The notes: generated by a model not told the origin, from the letters alone. Numbered from the stretch's first letter, positions 48,307 to 57,310 are shown. The stretch is DNA of 64,000 nucleotides from Minisyncoccota bacterium (GCA_031413715.1 JANOFO010000009.1:2718-66717), one strand, 5' to 3'. A program made the numbers and translations.

Positions 48307-49038
48307 ATGGAACCATATAAAACAAACTGGGCAAAAATTTTCTTCGTTTTTCTTATCACAATTATGCTTTTTGGTATTGCTTTTGGATTATCTTATTACT
48401 TTAATAACAAGAAGATCGTAGAGCTCCGTGAGATTGAAAATAAGATCTCAATTGATCTTATGTCGTCAGAAACGCAGTTTGCGCTTCTTGAAGAACTCGC
48501 ATGTAAAGATGTCCAGACCACAGTGCTTTCAACTGAACTTAATTCACTTGCGGATCGAATCACATACAGCGAAGAGAACATCGGTACAACGAATGTCGAC
48601 GTCATCAGTCTCAAACGTTCATATTCGCTTCTGGAAATTAAGGATTATCTTCTTATGAAGAAGATTACTGAACGCTGTGGGCAAAAGCCGATATTTGTAC
48701 TCTATTTCTACAATAATAACGATTGCAGCGATTGTACGAAGCAAGGATATGTGCTGACGAGCCTCCGCGAAAAGTATCCAGACCTCCGGGTGTATTCGTT
48801 TGACTATAATCTTGACCTCTCTGCTCTCAGGGCCATGATTTCAATCTATAAGGTTCCAGATCAGTTACCAGCTCTGGTGATAAACGGCAAGGTATATAGC
48901 GGGTTTCAGAGTGTAGAAGATATAGAGAGTATTGAGCCAGCTATCCCAAAATCGCTTGTTAAACCTGAAGACGCAGTCAAGAAAACAGATACTTCCAAGT
49001 CAAAATCTGTTCCTGCACCCACAAAACCTAAGGAGTAA
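48307..49038 (+). CDS. Membrane-anchored protein with a CxxC motif (possible thioredoxin-like fold)
   Basis: 243 aa. N-terminal TM. YFYNNNDCSDCTKQGYVL. C-terminal K/P-rich tail. Confidence 0.45.
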   Translation: MEPYKTNWAKIFFVFLITIMLFGIAFGLSYYFNNKKIVELREIENKISIDLMSSETQFALLEELACKDVQTTVLSTELNSLADRITYSEENIGTTNVDVISLKRSYSLLEIKDYLLMKKITERCGQKPIFVLYFYNNNDCSDCTKQGYVLTSLREKYPDLRVYSFDYNLDLSALRAMISIYKVPDQLPALVINGKVYSGFQSVEDIESIEPAIPKSLVKPEDAVKKTDTSKSKSVPAPTKPKE

Positions 49039-49082
49039 TATTGAACTCTTCTTTCAAAGTTTCTATTAGCTCATCAATTTGT

Positions 49083-49215
49083 GCGGGTAGATACCCGCGC
49101 TTCTAGCGGAAATGCCCGAGGCTCTTACTCATGCTTGCCCCACATCCTCCCGTTCGCGCGCACTTCTTCCGCTAATTTTAGGACGGAAAGAGAAAACGAG
49201 CGGAAACCCCCTTAA
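49083..49215. ncRNA. GC-rich island in a 650-bp AT-rich intergenic region; candidate structured RNA of unknown class
   Basis: Hairpin GCGGGTAgatACCCGC. Long-range pairing TAGCGGAA (49102) with TTCCGCTA (49163). Roughly 60% GC against an AT-rich surround. No match by eye to SRP, RNase P or tmRNA consensus. Confidence 0.3.
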
Positions 49216-49446
49216 TTCACAGCAATATAACAATTTTTATTGTCTGTGGTTTATAACTTTTTGTAAAAATTCAGAAACAATAGTGGCTTATTTCGGTTGC
49301 TTTTGATGTGTATTGTTTTTTAATTACAACAATAAAAATTACTACCATTTTTATTGTTTTCTGGTACACTTGTAATATAATATTATAAATTAATTTAACA
49401 TAAAAACTATGGAACATACACCGATATTAAATAATGCTTCATTGAA

Positions 49447-49629
49447 ATGATTGGAGCAATTGAAAAAGGAGCTATAAAATATGATGATACATGGGTAGAT
49501 CTCGTCGCTGTAAAAAATGATGAACTCGCACAACTTGAAGAAGGGTGGGGAGGTCTCCTAATATTATTGGCAGTCCACAGGGAAAGAGCTCAGAAATTCC
49601 TCATGAAAAAATTGTTGCGATTATTGTAA
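49447..49629 (+). CDS. Small hypothetical ORF (60 aa)
   Basis: Only an ORF in the long leader upstream of 49696. No support beyond an open frame. Confidence 0.2.
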   Translation: MIGAIEKGAIKYDDTWVDLVAVKNDELAQLEEGWGGLLILLAVHRERAQKFLMKKLLRLL

Positions 49630-49695
49630 AACACTTAAAGAAGAAAATTTAATCTTTTAGTCACAGAAAAGACATTGTGACTAATAACTCTTAAT

Positions 49696-51801
49696 ATGAA
49701 AGAAAAAAATATTATTGAAAATAATACAAGAGAAGAGGTATATAATACGCTTAGACAGAAATTAAATATTTCACGAGAAGCGTTCAGTGAATCCGAAACA
49801 GTTTTAGGTTTGGTAACAGAGGAATTAAAACAGAGTTACGGAAAAAATTTGCAAGAAAGAGAGCAACTTATACTCATGCGCAAAATTGCATTGTTCCATC
49901 GGGGGAATGGTATAGCAGATGCAGTAATTATCGCCAAAACGATTATAGATACACCTGATCTATTACTCTCCAATGGATTCCCTAATCTAAAAACAGCCCT
50001 TGATATTGCCAAGAATTCTCAAAAAAAATCTGCAAATCAAGTATGGCAAGGTATATCAAACGAGACCAGAGATATGCCCACAATAGCTGAAGTTTCACTA
50101 GGAAACGGTAGCCATTATCTTGGTCGTATTTTTACAAAAAATCAAATCGCAGAGAATGGAGCTACGCTCAACACATGCATTCAAGGGAAAAGTCTTGAAA
50201 GATACTTCGATAAATCTGTGAGTGGTACTATAGAAATATTTTCGGTGTTTACTTCAAACTCTCATACTCCCATTACGACCATCGTATATGATTCTGGCCT
50301 TGGAGAAATTATGCAAGTAAAGAAACAAGACGATAGACTCCTTGATGGAGCGGAGCCATTTTTTGATGTAGTCATGGAATCTATTCACCACCTTGTATCT
50401 GAACCGAGCTATCGTACTGATGGTTCACCGTATTCGCGAACTGTTAAATATATCAGAGATATGGAAGATCTATCACCTGAACACCCGATAGCAATAGATA
50501 CATCTGGGGAAATTCGTCCGCTTGACGAAATGATATACACATCACCAGAAGCAATTTTGGGCGGTTCAAAAATAAAAGTTCATTCCGATATTAATATTCA
50601 AAAAATGATTGAGCTTACTGAAAGTGCACCTGTTGCCATTGATATGACCGAGGCGACAAACGAACAGCGTAAATCGTTACGAAAGGTACTCGGAACACTT
50701 GTTGATGACAGATCGTCAGTGAGCGGGTACGATTCACTGGAATCAGTTGGAGGCCAAATACTTGCTAATAACGCGAGCGCTGCTTCTTTCAAGAATCTAT
50801 CACATGTTCGACGGGGTTTGTACGCAAAAAAGGCAAAAGAAGTTTCAATACCTCTCTTACAAACGGTTTTAGGGAGGATTGATGTGCCTATGGCAGAAAC
50901 TCTCTACGCGCCTGAATTAACATTTGCGGGCGGAAATATAGATGCTTCTTCAGTGCAAGAGTTGATATTTTCAAAATTACAGAAAGTCGGGTGGGATATT
51001 CGTGCACACAATGCATCGCGAGTTGAAATGCCACTTGTCGAAGAAATTGGTGGTGAGTTTCAGGTTGAGCAAGCGTTAGAAATATTTGCACCATTGTTGC
51101 GCGTATGTCGTGGAATTAAAACTACGCCTCAAAGCAAAATAACAGTTCCGGATGCTATTTTGGTCTTTAGGGACAGCGGAAATGATGCTCAAGAAAAATT
51201 ATCTAAACTTCAGGAACAAGATCAAATATTACAAGAAAAAAATGCTGAGATTAAAACAAAGATTGAAGTGGTATTGCATGAATGGCAACAACAACTCCCT
51301 GAAGTAAAAATAATACTGGATGGGTCGCTAGTTTCAGGATTACATATCATTGACCAAGATACGAAAGTTATTGATGCTGATGTCCGAATATTGTCTGATA
51401 TGCCCATTACAGATGAGCTTCAGAAAAAGATTACATCAATCACTGGTCTTATATATCGCAAGACACATGACATAGATATTTGGCCTGATGGAGAAAAATT
51501 GGGTAAAGGTATTATGCTTGCTGAGGCCATGAAAATATTGGGGATTAATCTTCCTGTTGAAGTATGCGCTATGCTTCGTAGTAGTGCACAGTATATTAAT
51601 TGGGGACAATATTACAGGCAGGTACTTACAGAAAATGAAATTTTTAGTTATACTAAACAAAAACGATTACTGCAATCAGGAAGTGATGAAAAAGAATACA
51701 AGAAATTCAAAAAAAAGTATTTGGACTTGGTGCGAAAACGATGCGCTGAGCGTGGTTTAGTTGAACTGCCTAATTATGTATTACCTGAAGTCCCTAATTA
51801 G
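49696..51801 (+). CDS. Large hypothetical protein (701 aa), first gene of the P-loop/HD/Nudix cluster
   Basis: No TM segment, no motif recognised. Consistent coding frame. Confidence 0.6.
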   Translation: MKEKNIIENNTREEVYNTLRQKLNISREAFSESETVLGLVTEELKQSYGKNLQEREQLILMRKIALFHRGNGIADAVIIAKTIIDTPDLLLSNGFPNLKTALDIAKNSQKKSANQVWQGISNETRDMPTIAEVSLGNGSHYLGRIFTKNQIAENGATLNTCIQGKSLERYFDKSVSGTIEIFSVFTSNSHTPITTIVYDSGLGEIMQVKKQDDRLLDGAEPFFDVVMESIHHLVSEPSYRTDGSPYSRTVKYIRDMEDLSPEHPIAIDTSGEIRPLDEMIYTSPEAILGGSKIKVHSDINIQKMIELTESAPVAIDMTEATNEQRKSLRKVLGTLVDDRSSVSGYDSLESVGGQILANNASAASFKNLSHVRRGLYAKKAKEVSIPLLQTVLGRIDVPMAETLYAPELTFAGGNIDASSVQELIFSKLQKVGWDIRAHNASRVEMPLVEEIGGEFQVEQALEIFAPLLRVCRGIKTTPQSKITVPDAILVFRDSGNDAQEKLSKLQEQDQILQEKNAEIKTKIEVVLHEWQQQLPEVKIILDGSLVSGLHIIDQDTKVIDADVRILSDMPITDELQKKITSITGLIYRKTHDIDIWPDGEKLGKGIMLAEAMKILGINLPVEVCAMLRSSAQYINWGQYYRQVLTENEIFSYTKQKRLLQSGSDEKEYKKFKKKYLDLVRKRCAERGLVELPNYVLPEVPN

Positions 51802-51841
51802 ATTTTTATGCAAAAGTATGTAATTAACTATATATAATATT

Positions 51842-54136
51842 ATGAAACCAGAAAATTCGCCTAATATTGGCATAAAAAAAGCTATAGAATATGTTAAAAA
51901 ACAAGAGGATATGCTTACAAAAAGCAAAGAAACCCCTATTGAAATTGAGTTTGAAGGAGGGTTATCTGAAAGTCAAAAAGCAAAAAAACATATTGTATGT
52001 TTCGTAGGCATGCCGGGTGCGGGGAAAACAACGCAGATAGAAGCGCTCCAAGGTTACACAGGTGCTCCAGTATTTCATCTTGCAAAAGTCGCTAAAACTC
52101 TTAATCTTGAGAAAGATGGTGTACAAGTACCAGTAGCTGATCTTATGGAGGAAAAGAGAAAAATGGGTGAACTTATCGAAGGGCTCGATGATCTCTTTTT
52201 AGCTGAAGTTGCAAACTCAAAACAAGGCATTGCAATTCTTGATGGATTTCCAAGATCACCCGACCAAGCCGCACATCTGCTGGCGTATGCGGCGAAAAAT
52301 CGATGGCACATTGATGTTGTCTATCTTGAATCAGATGTGCATCATGCATGGCGTCATCAGGTACGGAGAGCGAAAAACTCGAATGAGAATGTTGATTGGG
52401 AAAGATTCGACGGCAAAATAGATAGGGCAATCCGCAAAGATATTCCTGCTGTACAAGCTCTGAAGTCGGCTGGTGTTCCAATTACCGAACTCGATGCGAC
52501 ACGTGACAAGAAGGATCTCAAGGGAGAGATACGAGAATCCCTTGGATTTTCATACGAGAATCTTCCTTGGGAAAAGAATATTCTTGAGTACGGAAAGATT
52601 GCTTCACAGCGCTCTGGCGTTCAACTTTGGTTTGGCGCAGGGATGTTGTATCGTCCTTTTTGGAACGGAAAGTTCGGCCCTTTTCAAGAATCAACTGACA
52701 AAGACATCTTTGTCATGCGGAAAGAAGATATTGAATCGGTACAAAAGGTTCTTGAAGAGATTGCACCTGATATTAGGTGGTCAGTACATAGCCGCGCCGA
52801 AGAGAGTGAGGCGCATTTCGGACATACACCTACAACACTAGAAGAAGGTATTACACACGCACCCATGAATTTTAGAAAAGGTGGAGTTCGTATGGGACCA
52901 GATGGAAAGATGGAGGTGCTATTGTCACCTATAGTTGAGGCCGATTTACGAAATGGCATATTGCGACTTGATGATTCAGTACTTGCTTCCATTGATCAGG
53001 CGAAGCGAGAAGAGTATATCAACGATGCTATGCGCCGTATGCACAAGACCTTGCGTGAATATCCTGGTCTGCAATTTGCTGATACCACGCTCGCAGAGAA
53101 GTATGCACAAGTGACCGGTTCTGCTCACGCACCAAAAGAGCTTATTACTCGATGGGAAGAAATACAGGACGAGATTTGGGAAACGGAGACTGGGGGGCGT
53201 GCTCGATGGAATCCTGATTCAATTAACATTGAACAAGAAAACCTTATGAACGAGCTTGTTTCTTTTTATCGTACAGTAGACAAGAGTCCCTCTGCTCCTC
53301 CTCGACCAAAGAAATCTATCATGCCTGTATTGATTGAAGATTTGCGTGTACGAAATATTACTGACAAGGTTCAGCCTCCCGAGGGATACGAATCATGGCT
53401 CCAGTATGTTATCCGCGAAGCAACTGACGCGGAGTTTTGCGAATGGCTTTTGAATCAGACTCGAAGCAGACAGCCGATTGGGGGGCGTGATCAAGATCTA
53501 TCGGGAATACTGACCTTTTCGCGAGAAAAAGAGCAAGAAATTGGAGTACAGACGCAGGAGCAGAAACGGTCGCATCTCGGATTTACACTCGACCAACACT
53601 TACTCGAATCGGCTTTGCAATTACATACAGATGAACTCGAAGAATTACTCAAGTCTTTTCCAGTAATTCCATTGCAGTTTAGAGATGTACGTGCTTCCTT
53701 ACGCATGGGTATGCTCTATCACGACATCGGAAAATTGTACAATGTGCATACGCCTGGCTCCCATGAAGGAGTCGGAGCAAAAATGTGGAATCGCTTAAAA
53801 CCGTCATGGATATCAGACGAACAAGCAAGCCTTGCAGAATGGATTATTCGAACTCACGACGTATTCGGAAGGTTGGCGCGTGGCATTACAGAAAAGGAAA
53901 ATAAATCGCTTGAAGATAATAGTTTCAACCCAATGGCAACCCCATCTTATCAGGGAGCACTTGATCCCCATGAAGCCTTGGGTGAACTAGAGCGACTTGG
54001 TTACCCGAGGGATCTAGTGATAGCTCTGCATAAAATAGCGTGGACTGCGGATGTAAGTTCAGTCTCGGCACTCAGATGGATTTTACCGGCAGCAGACATC
54101 CTAGAGAAAATCGTTATACAAGAAACAAAAAAATAG
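51842..54136 (+). CDS. Multidomain protein: N-terminal adenylate-kinase-like P-loop NMP-kinase domain plus C-terminal HD-superfamily phosphohydrolase domain
   Basis: Walker A FVGMPGAGKTT and the AK-like ILDGFPRSPDQA motif. C-terminal HD motifs LHTDE...MLYHDIGK...HTPGSHEGV...IRTHDVFG...HKIAWTAD. Confidence 0.65.
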   Translation: MKPENSPNIGIKKAIEYVKKQEDMLTKSKETPIEIEFEGGLSESQKAKKHIVCFVGMPGAGKTTQIEALQGYTGAPVFHLAKVAKTLNLEKDGVQVPVADLMEEKRKMGELIEGLDDLFLAEVANSKQGIAILDGFPRSPDQAAHLLAYAAKNRWHIDVVYLESDVHHAWRHQVRRAKNSNENVDWERFDGKIDRAIRKDIPAVQALKSAGVPITELDATRDKKDLKGEIRESLGFSYENLPWEKNILEYGKIASQRSGVQLWFGAGMLYRPFWNGKFGPFQESTDKDIFVMRKEDIESVQKVLEEIAPDIRWSVHSRAEESEAHFGHTPTTLEEGITHAPMNFRKGGVRMGPDGKMEVLLSPIVEADLRNGILRLDDSVLASIDQAKREEYINDAMRRMHKTLREYPGLQFADTTLAEKYAQVTGSAHAPKELITRWEEIQDEIWETETGGRARWNPDSINIEQENLMNELVSFYRTVDKSPSAPPRPKKSIMPVLIEDLRVRNITDKVQPPEGYESWLQYVIREATDAEFCEWLLNQTRSRQPIGGRDQDLSGILTFSREKEQEIGVQTQEQKRSHLGFTLDQHLLESALQLHTDELEELLKSFPVIPLQFRDVRASLRMGMLYHDIGKLYNVHTPGSHEGVGAKMWNRLKPSWISDEQASLAEWIIRTHDVFGRLARGITEKENKSLEDNSFNPMATPSYQGALDPHEALGELERLGYPRDLVIALHKIAWTADVSSVSALRWILPAADILEKIVIQETKK

Positions 54137-54203
54137 TTTAAAAATCATAAATATATAGAGAGTTGATTATTATTAATAAATTTATCACAATATAAAAGAA
54201 ATT

Positions 54204-55508
54204 ATGAAAACTCCTGACCAACCAAACACTAATACCCGAGAACTACAACCACTAACTGGTCGTGAAGGTATTGATATGTTAAAAGCATCATCTGCAAAAG
54301 TGTCTGGCATTAGTTTGGTTGATTTTCTGAAAACTTCTGAAGGCAAAGAGGCCATGAAGCAAAAGAAAATCGTACTCGCTGGCCCCCCTCGTTCCGGTAA
54401 ATCTTGCCTACGGCAAGGATTAAAGGATGCCATAAAGCAAATAAGCAATGGTGACGTGTATCCTTATGTTTTGACAGCATGTCCTGATGGCGAGGGTGCA
54501 TGGTTCCAAGAATCAATGAACAATGATCCTATCCTGGCAGCCAAACTAAAAGCAGACTACAAATCAAAATTTACTCCAGAGTTCGTGGAAAGAATTACAA
54601 AATCTGTAGAAAATTTATCACTTCCGCTTAGTTTTGTTGATATAGGAGGTATGACTACTCCAGAGAATGAACAAATTTGCAAACACACAAATGGCGCTAT
54701 ACTACTTTGTGGCGAGACAGCAACTAAGAACGACGCCCCAGCTGAATGGAAAATTTTTTTTACAAAACTCGGTATTCCAATTATTGCTGAAGTTTATTCA
54801 GACTATAAAGGTATAGAAGATATAGTTGATGGAACTGGAGGAGATGGTGTGTTTAGAGGTTCTATACACCATCTTGAACGAGGTGAACCTCTTTTAAACA
54901 GAGAAACCATTAGAGCGTTAGGTAGTTTCATAATTAATCTTGGGAAAGAAATAGATGATACATTGAACATAACACATACAGTAAAACAGCTACAGGGTGC
55001 AGGAATAGATATAACAAATTGGGGTAAGGGAGGAACAAAAACTGTAGAACAATTACATAAGGAAATTCAAGACGAAGAGACCATTTTAGTTCAGGGTGAA
55101 CGCGGAGAGCTTTTAAGGAAAGTCATTGTAGGTGGTGGCGATATTTATTACACCTCGCCTGAAGGAAAAAAATATCGCTTGATCGAAGAAAAACAGGTTT
55201 TTGCCAATGGTAGTGAAAGAAGAAGAAACTTGGGACACGCTGTATCAGAAAAACTAAAGCACGGCGAAGATATAAAAGAAGCAATGATCCGTGGTATTAG
55301 TGAAGAGCTCGGCATCTCGGGAGATATATCTTTAGAAGAAGTAAAAACCCATGAAGAAATTCTATCCTCTCCTAGTTACCCTGGCTTAAGATCGCAATAC
55401 ATACTACCGGAGTTTAAGATACTCCTAACTCAAGAACAGTTTAAGCCAGAGGGCTATATTGAAACACAATCAGACAAGAGCACTTACTTTATTTGGAAAG
55501 AAATTTAA
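54204..55508 (+). CDS. Multidomain protein: P-loop NTPase (GPPRSGKS) plus C-terminal Nudix-like domain
   Basis: Walker A LAGPPRSGKS. C-terminal E-x7-RGISEELGI fits a Nudix box with one deviation (G in place of E at the REx position). Confidence 0.5.
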   Translation: MKTPDQPNTNTRELQPLTGREGIDMLKASSAKVSGISLVDFLKTSEGKEAMKQKKIVLAGPPRSGKSCLRQGLKDAIKQISNGDVYPYVLTACPDGEGAWFQESMNNDPILAAKLKADYKSKFTPEFVERITKSVENLSLPLSFVDIGGMTTPENEQICKHTNGAILLCGETATKNDAPAEWKIFFTKLGIPIIAEVYSDYKGIEDIVDGTGGDGVFRGSIHHLERGEPLLNRETIRALGSFIINLGKEIDDTLNITHTVKQLQGAGIDITNWGKGGTKTVEQLHKEIQDEETILVQGERGELLRKVIVGGGDIYYTSPEGKKYRLIEEKQVFANGSERRRNLGHAVSEKLKHGEDIKEAMIRGISEELGISGDISLEEVKTHEEILSSPSYPGLRSQYILPEFKILLTQEQFKPEGYIETQSDKSTYFIWKEI

Positions 55509-55513
55509 TCAAC

Positions 55514-56287
55514 TTATTCTGGATACTGATTTATAGGATATTTATTCCAGAGAGTGTCAAACAGCATATCAAAAGTTTTTCTAATATTTTGATCTTCTAT
55601 GATGGTAGTAATCATGCAATCTGCGAAAGAACTAAGCGCAACTTTATTTCCGTAAACGATAACCTGCGCCGGATTATTCAATTCCGTACGTGGCACTCGT
55701 TTTCTCTCAGTTAAATATTTTTCATCTTCTGCTTTGGAAATTGTACTGGGAGTGTTCTTGATTGGCACAATAAGTTTTATCTTAATACCAATTTCTCTTA
55801 ATGCTTCTCGATTTTTTGACCAAATTGGAATTACTTCTTCAGCATTATTATCAAGTGGAGAGCGGATCAGTTTAATATCAGACTTCGTGTGTAGTATGTC
55901 TTTATTTAGAATCTTCAATCCCTCTAGCCCTTCATAGAAACGCACCGTTGGTTTTCCGCATGCGAGATTAAACTGTGCTCCAAGTGTGCTAACCGCTTCA
56001 TGCAGAGCTTGGTCGGCAAGTTTTAAATCTTCTTCTTTTCTTTTTACTAGAGTGTGAAGTTTTGAAGGATGGAGTGCGGTGAAAGTACTAACTGATCCGG
56101 GGACAGTGCTTTCAATTATTAAACCTAATTCAACGAGTTGTTTTAGTATTTTATATACCAAACTGCGATTAACTCTACTTTCTAGAGCTATTTTTCTTGC
56201 CGGTAAAGCACCCGAAGAAACTAAAGATAAATATACTTTTGCCTGTTCAAGATTTAAACCAACTTGTTCTAGTAATTTTGTGCTCAT
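55514..56287 (-). CDS. TrmB-family transcriptional regulator
   Basis: N-terminal winged HTH LEQAKVYLSLVSSGALPARKIALESRVNRSLVYKILKQLVELGLI, then a C-terminal TrmB-like domain. Confidence 0.7.
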   Translation of the reverse strand: MSTKLLEQVGLNLEQAKVYLSLVSSGALPARKIALESRVNRSLVYKILKQLVELGLIIESTVPGSVSTFTALHPSKLHTLVKRKEEDLKLADQALHEAVSTLGAQFNLACGKPTVRFYEGLEGLKILNKDILHTKSDIKLIRSPLDNNAEEVIPIWSKNREALREIGIKIKLIVPIKNTPSTISKAEDEKYLTERKRVPRTELNNPAQVIVYGNKVALSSFADCMITTIIEDQNIRKTFDMLFDTLWNKYPINQYPE

Positions 56288-56398
56288 AAATTGTTTTTTC
56301 TACATAACAATAATAGCCTTATATTATCATAGTGGTATATAAGCTGTCAAATTTGCGTAAATATATCCTTATTTATATAGGTATTTATAAAATAATGC

Positions 56399-56427
56399 TT
56401 GACATTTAGAACTCAATATGCTATACT
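56399..56427 (+). promoter_or_regulatory. Near-consensus sigma70 promoter TTGACA-17-TATACT
   Basis: TTGACA at 56399-56404, TATACT at 56422-56427, about 55 nt upstream of a GGGAGGTG Shine-Dalgarno. Confidence 0.55.
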
Positions 56428-56480
56428 TATCCTAGTTAAGTTAGTTCTTTAAAAATAACCATAGTTATCGGGAGGTGAAC

Positions 56481-56579
56481 ATGAACGCAATAAATTTTGT
56501 TTTCATATCCACCTTCCGATTCACGGATAGTGAAAAACAATCCGCCGGTGATTGGTCCGGCAAAAATTATGTTAAATGA
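56481..56579 (+). CDS. Small peptide gene (32 aa, MNAINFVFISTFRFTDSEKQSAGDWSGKNYVK) translationally coupled (ATGA overlap) to the downstream gene
   Basis: Strong SD GGGAGGTG 6 nt upstream of ATG. The stop overlaps the start of 56576..56881. Confidence 0.4.
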   Translation: MNAINFVFISTFRFTDSEKQSAGDWSGKNYVK

Positions 56580-56881
56580 AATATTTTAATATAAATCTTG
56601 AGGGCGATACCCTTAAGATAGGGTTTGGTCAACCTGCCCAAAATGATCAAATTGTTTCCGAGGTTATCGAGACCTTAGAAGCAATGAAAACCTCCGGGGA
56701 GCTTGCTGGAGGAAAACTGGTAAAAATTAACGGGCCGGCAAGCCTGCCAGTAGCGATGGCAATAGGCCATGCCGTCGCCCATCTCTATGAGGTGGTGGCC
56801 TGCTTCGACCCGAAGCTGGCCAAGTATGTGGTTGCCGTTTCGCACGGCGTAGACCACAGGCCAGGCGACCTGATTGATTAA
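56576..56881 (+). CDS. Hypothetical 101-aa protein; the 3' half of the gene is strongly GC-rich (~58% GC), suggesting foreign origin
   Basis: Consistent frame. No motif recognised. Composition shifts from AT-rich to GC-rich midway through the gene. Confidence 0.55.
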   Translation: MKYFNINLEGDTLKIGFGQPAQNDQIVSEVIETLEAMKTSGELAGGKLVKINGPASLPVAMAIGHAVAHLYEVVACFDPKLAKYVVAVSHGVDHRPGDLID

Positions 56882-57072
56882 AAGATCAAGTTCGCCGGAG
56901 GGAGTTTAAATATTCTCCTAAGTTCCGTAAATTCGGAATACTGAACAAAATATTTTATTTGTCCCCGTATATCTAAAATAAGAAGGACTTATTTTAAGAA
57001 AATGGAGAGCCATGAGGGAGCAGAACCTCTATCGATCTTGGGGGATGAATAATTTATTTATCTCATTCCCCA

Positions 57073-57123
57073 GCTTTCACAAGATGCGTATCTTGTCTGA
57101 TGAGTCCAAAAGGACGAAAAAGC
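57073..57123 (+). ncRNA. Type III hammerhead self-cleaving ribozyme
   Basis: GCUUUC|ACAAGAU-gcgu-AUCUUGU CUGAUGA GUCC-aaaa-GGAC GAAA AAGC. Stem I is 7 bp, core is C3UGAUGA9, stem II is 4 bp with the G10.1-C11.1 pair, then G12A13A14, A15.1-U16.1, and stem III of 5 bp. Predicted cleavage after C at 57078. Confidence 0.8.
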
Positions 57124-57143
57124 ATATAAAAACTTTTGTAATT

Positions 57144-57170
57144 AAAAAACCACCTTACGGTGGTTTTTTA
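57144..57170. terminator. Bidirectional rho-independent terminator
   Basis: AAAAAACCACC-ttac-GGTGGTTTTTT. Confidence 0.8.
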
Positions 57171-57310
57171 ATTCATATAGTATTTTAAATTTTGCCCATC
57201 GCCCCATACCAAATTTAAATTCCCCCGCCAAACAAAGCTAGAATTAAAAGCAATGGGGTGAGGGCGGATGCACCGAAGGCGCATGGCGGAGTTCATTGGG
57301 TGTTGATTGC

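Noticed and set aside
49083-49215. Assignment of the GC-rich island to SRP RNA, RNase P RNA, tmRNA or a known riboswitch
   Set aside because: The diagnostic motifs (SRP GGAAGCAGC-type domain IV, RNase P P4 AGGAAAGUCCGGGC, tmRNA tag/tRNA-like ends, fluoride/TPP/ZTP cores) were not found by eye. It is left as an unclassified candidate.
49112-49306. 64-aa ORF inside the GC-rich intergenic island
   Set aside because: No SD or start context. Its composition is dominated by the GC-rich hairpin region. It is more plausibly a structured RNA or repeat than a coding sequence.
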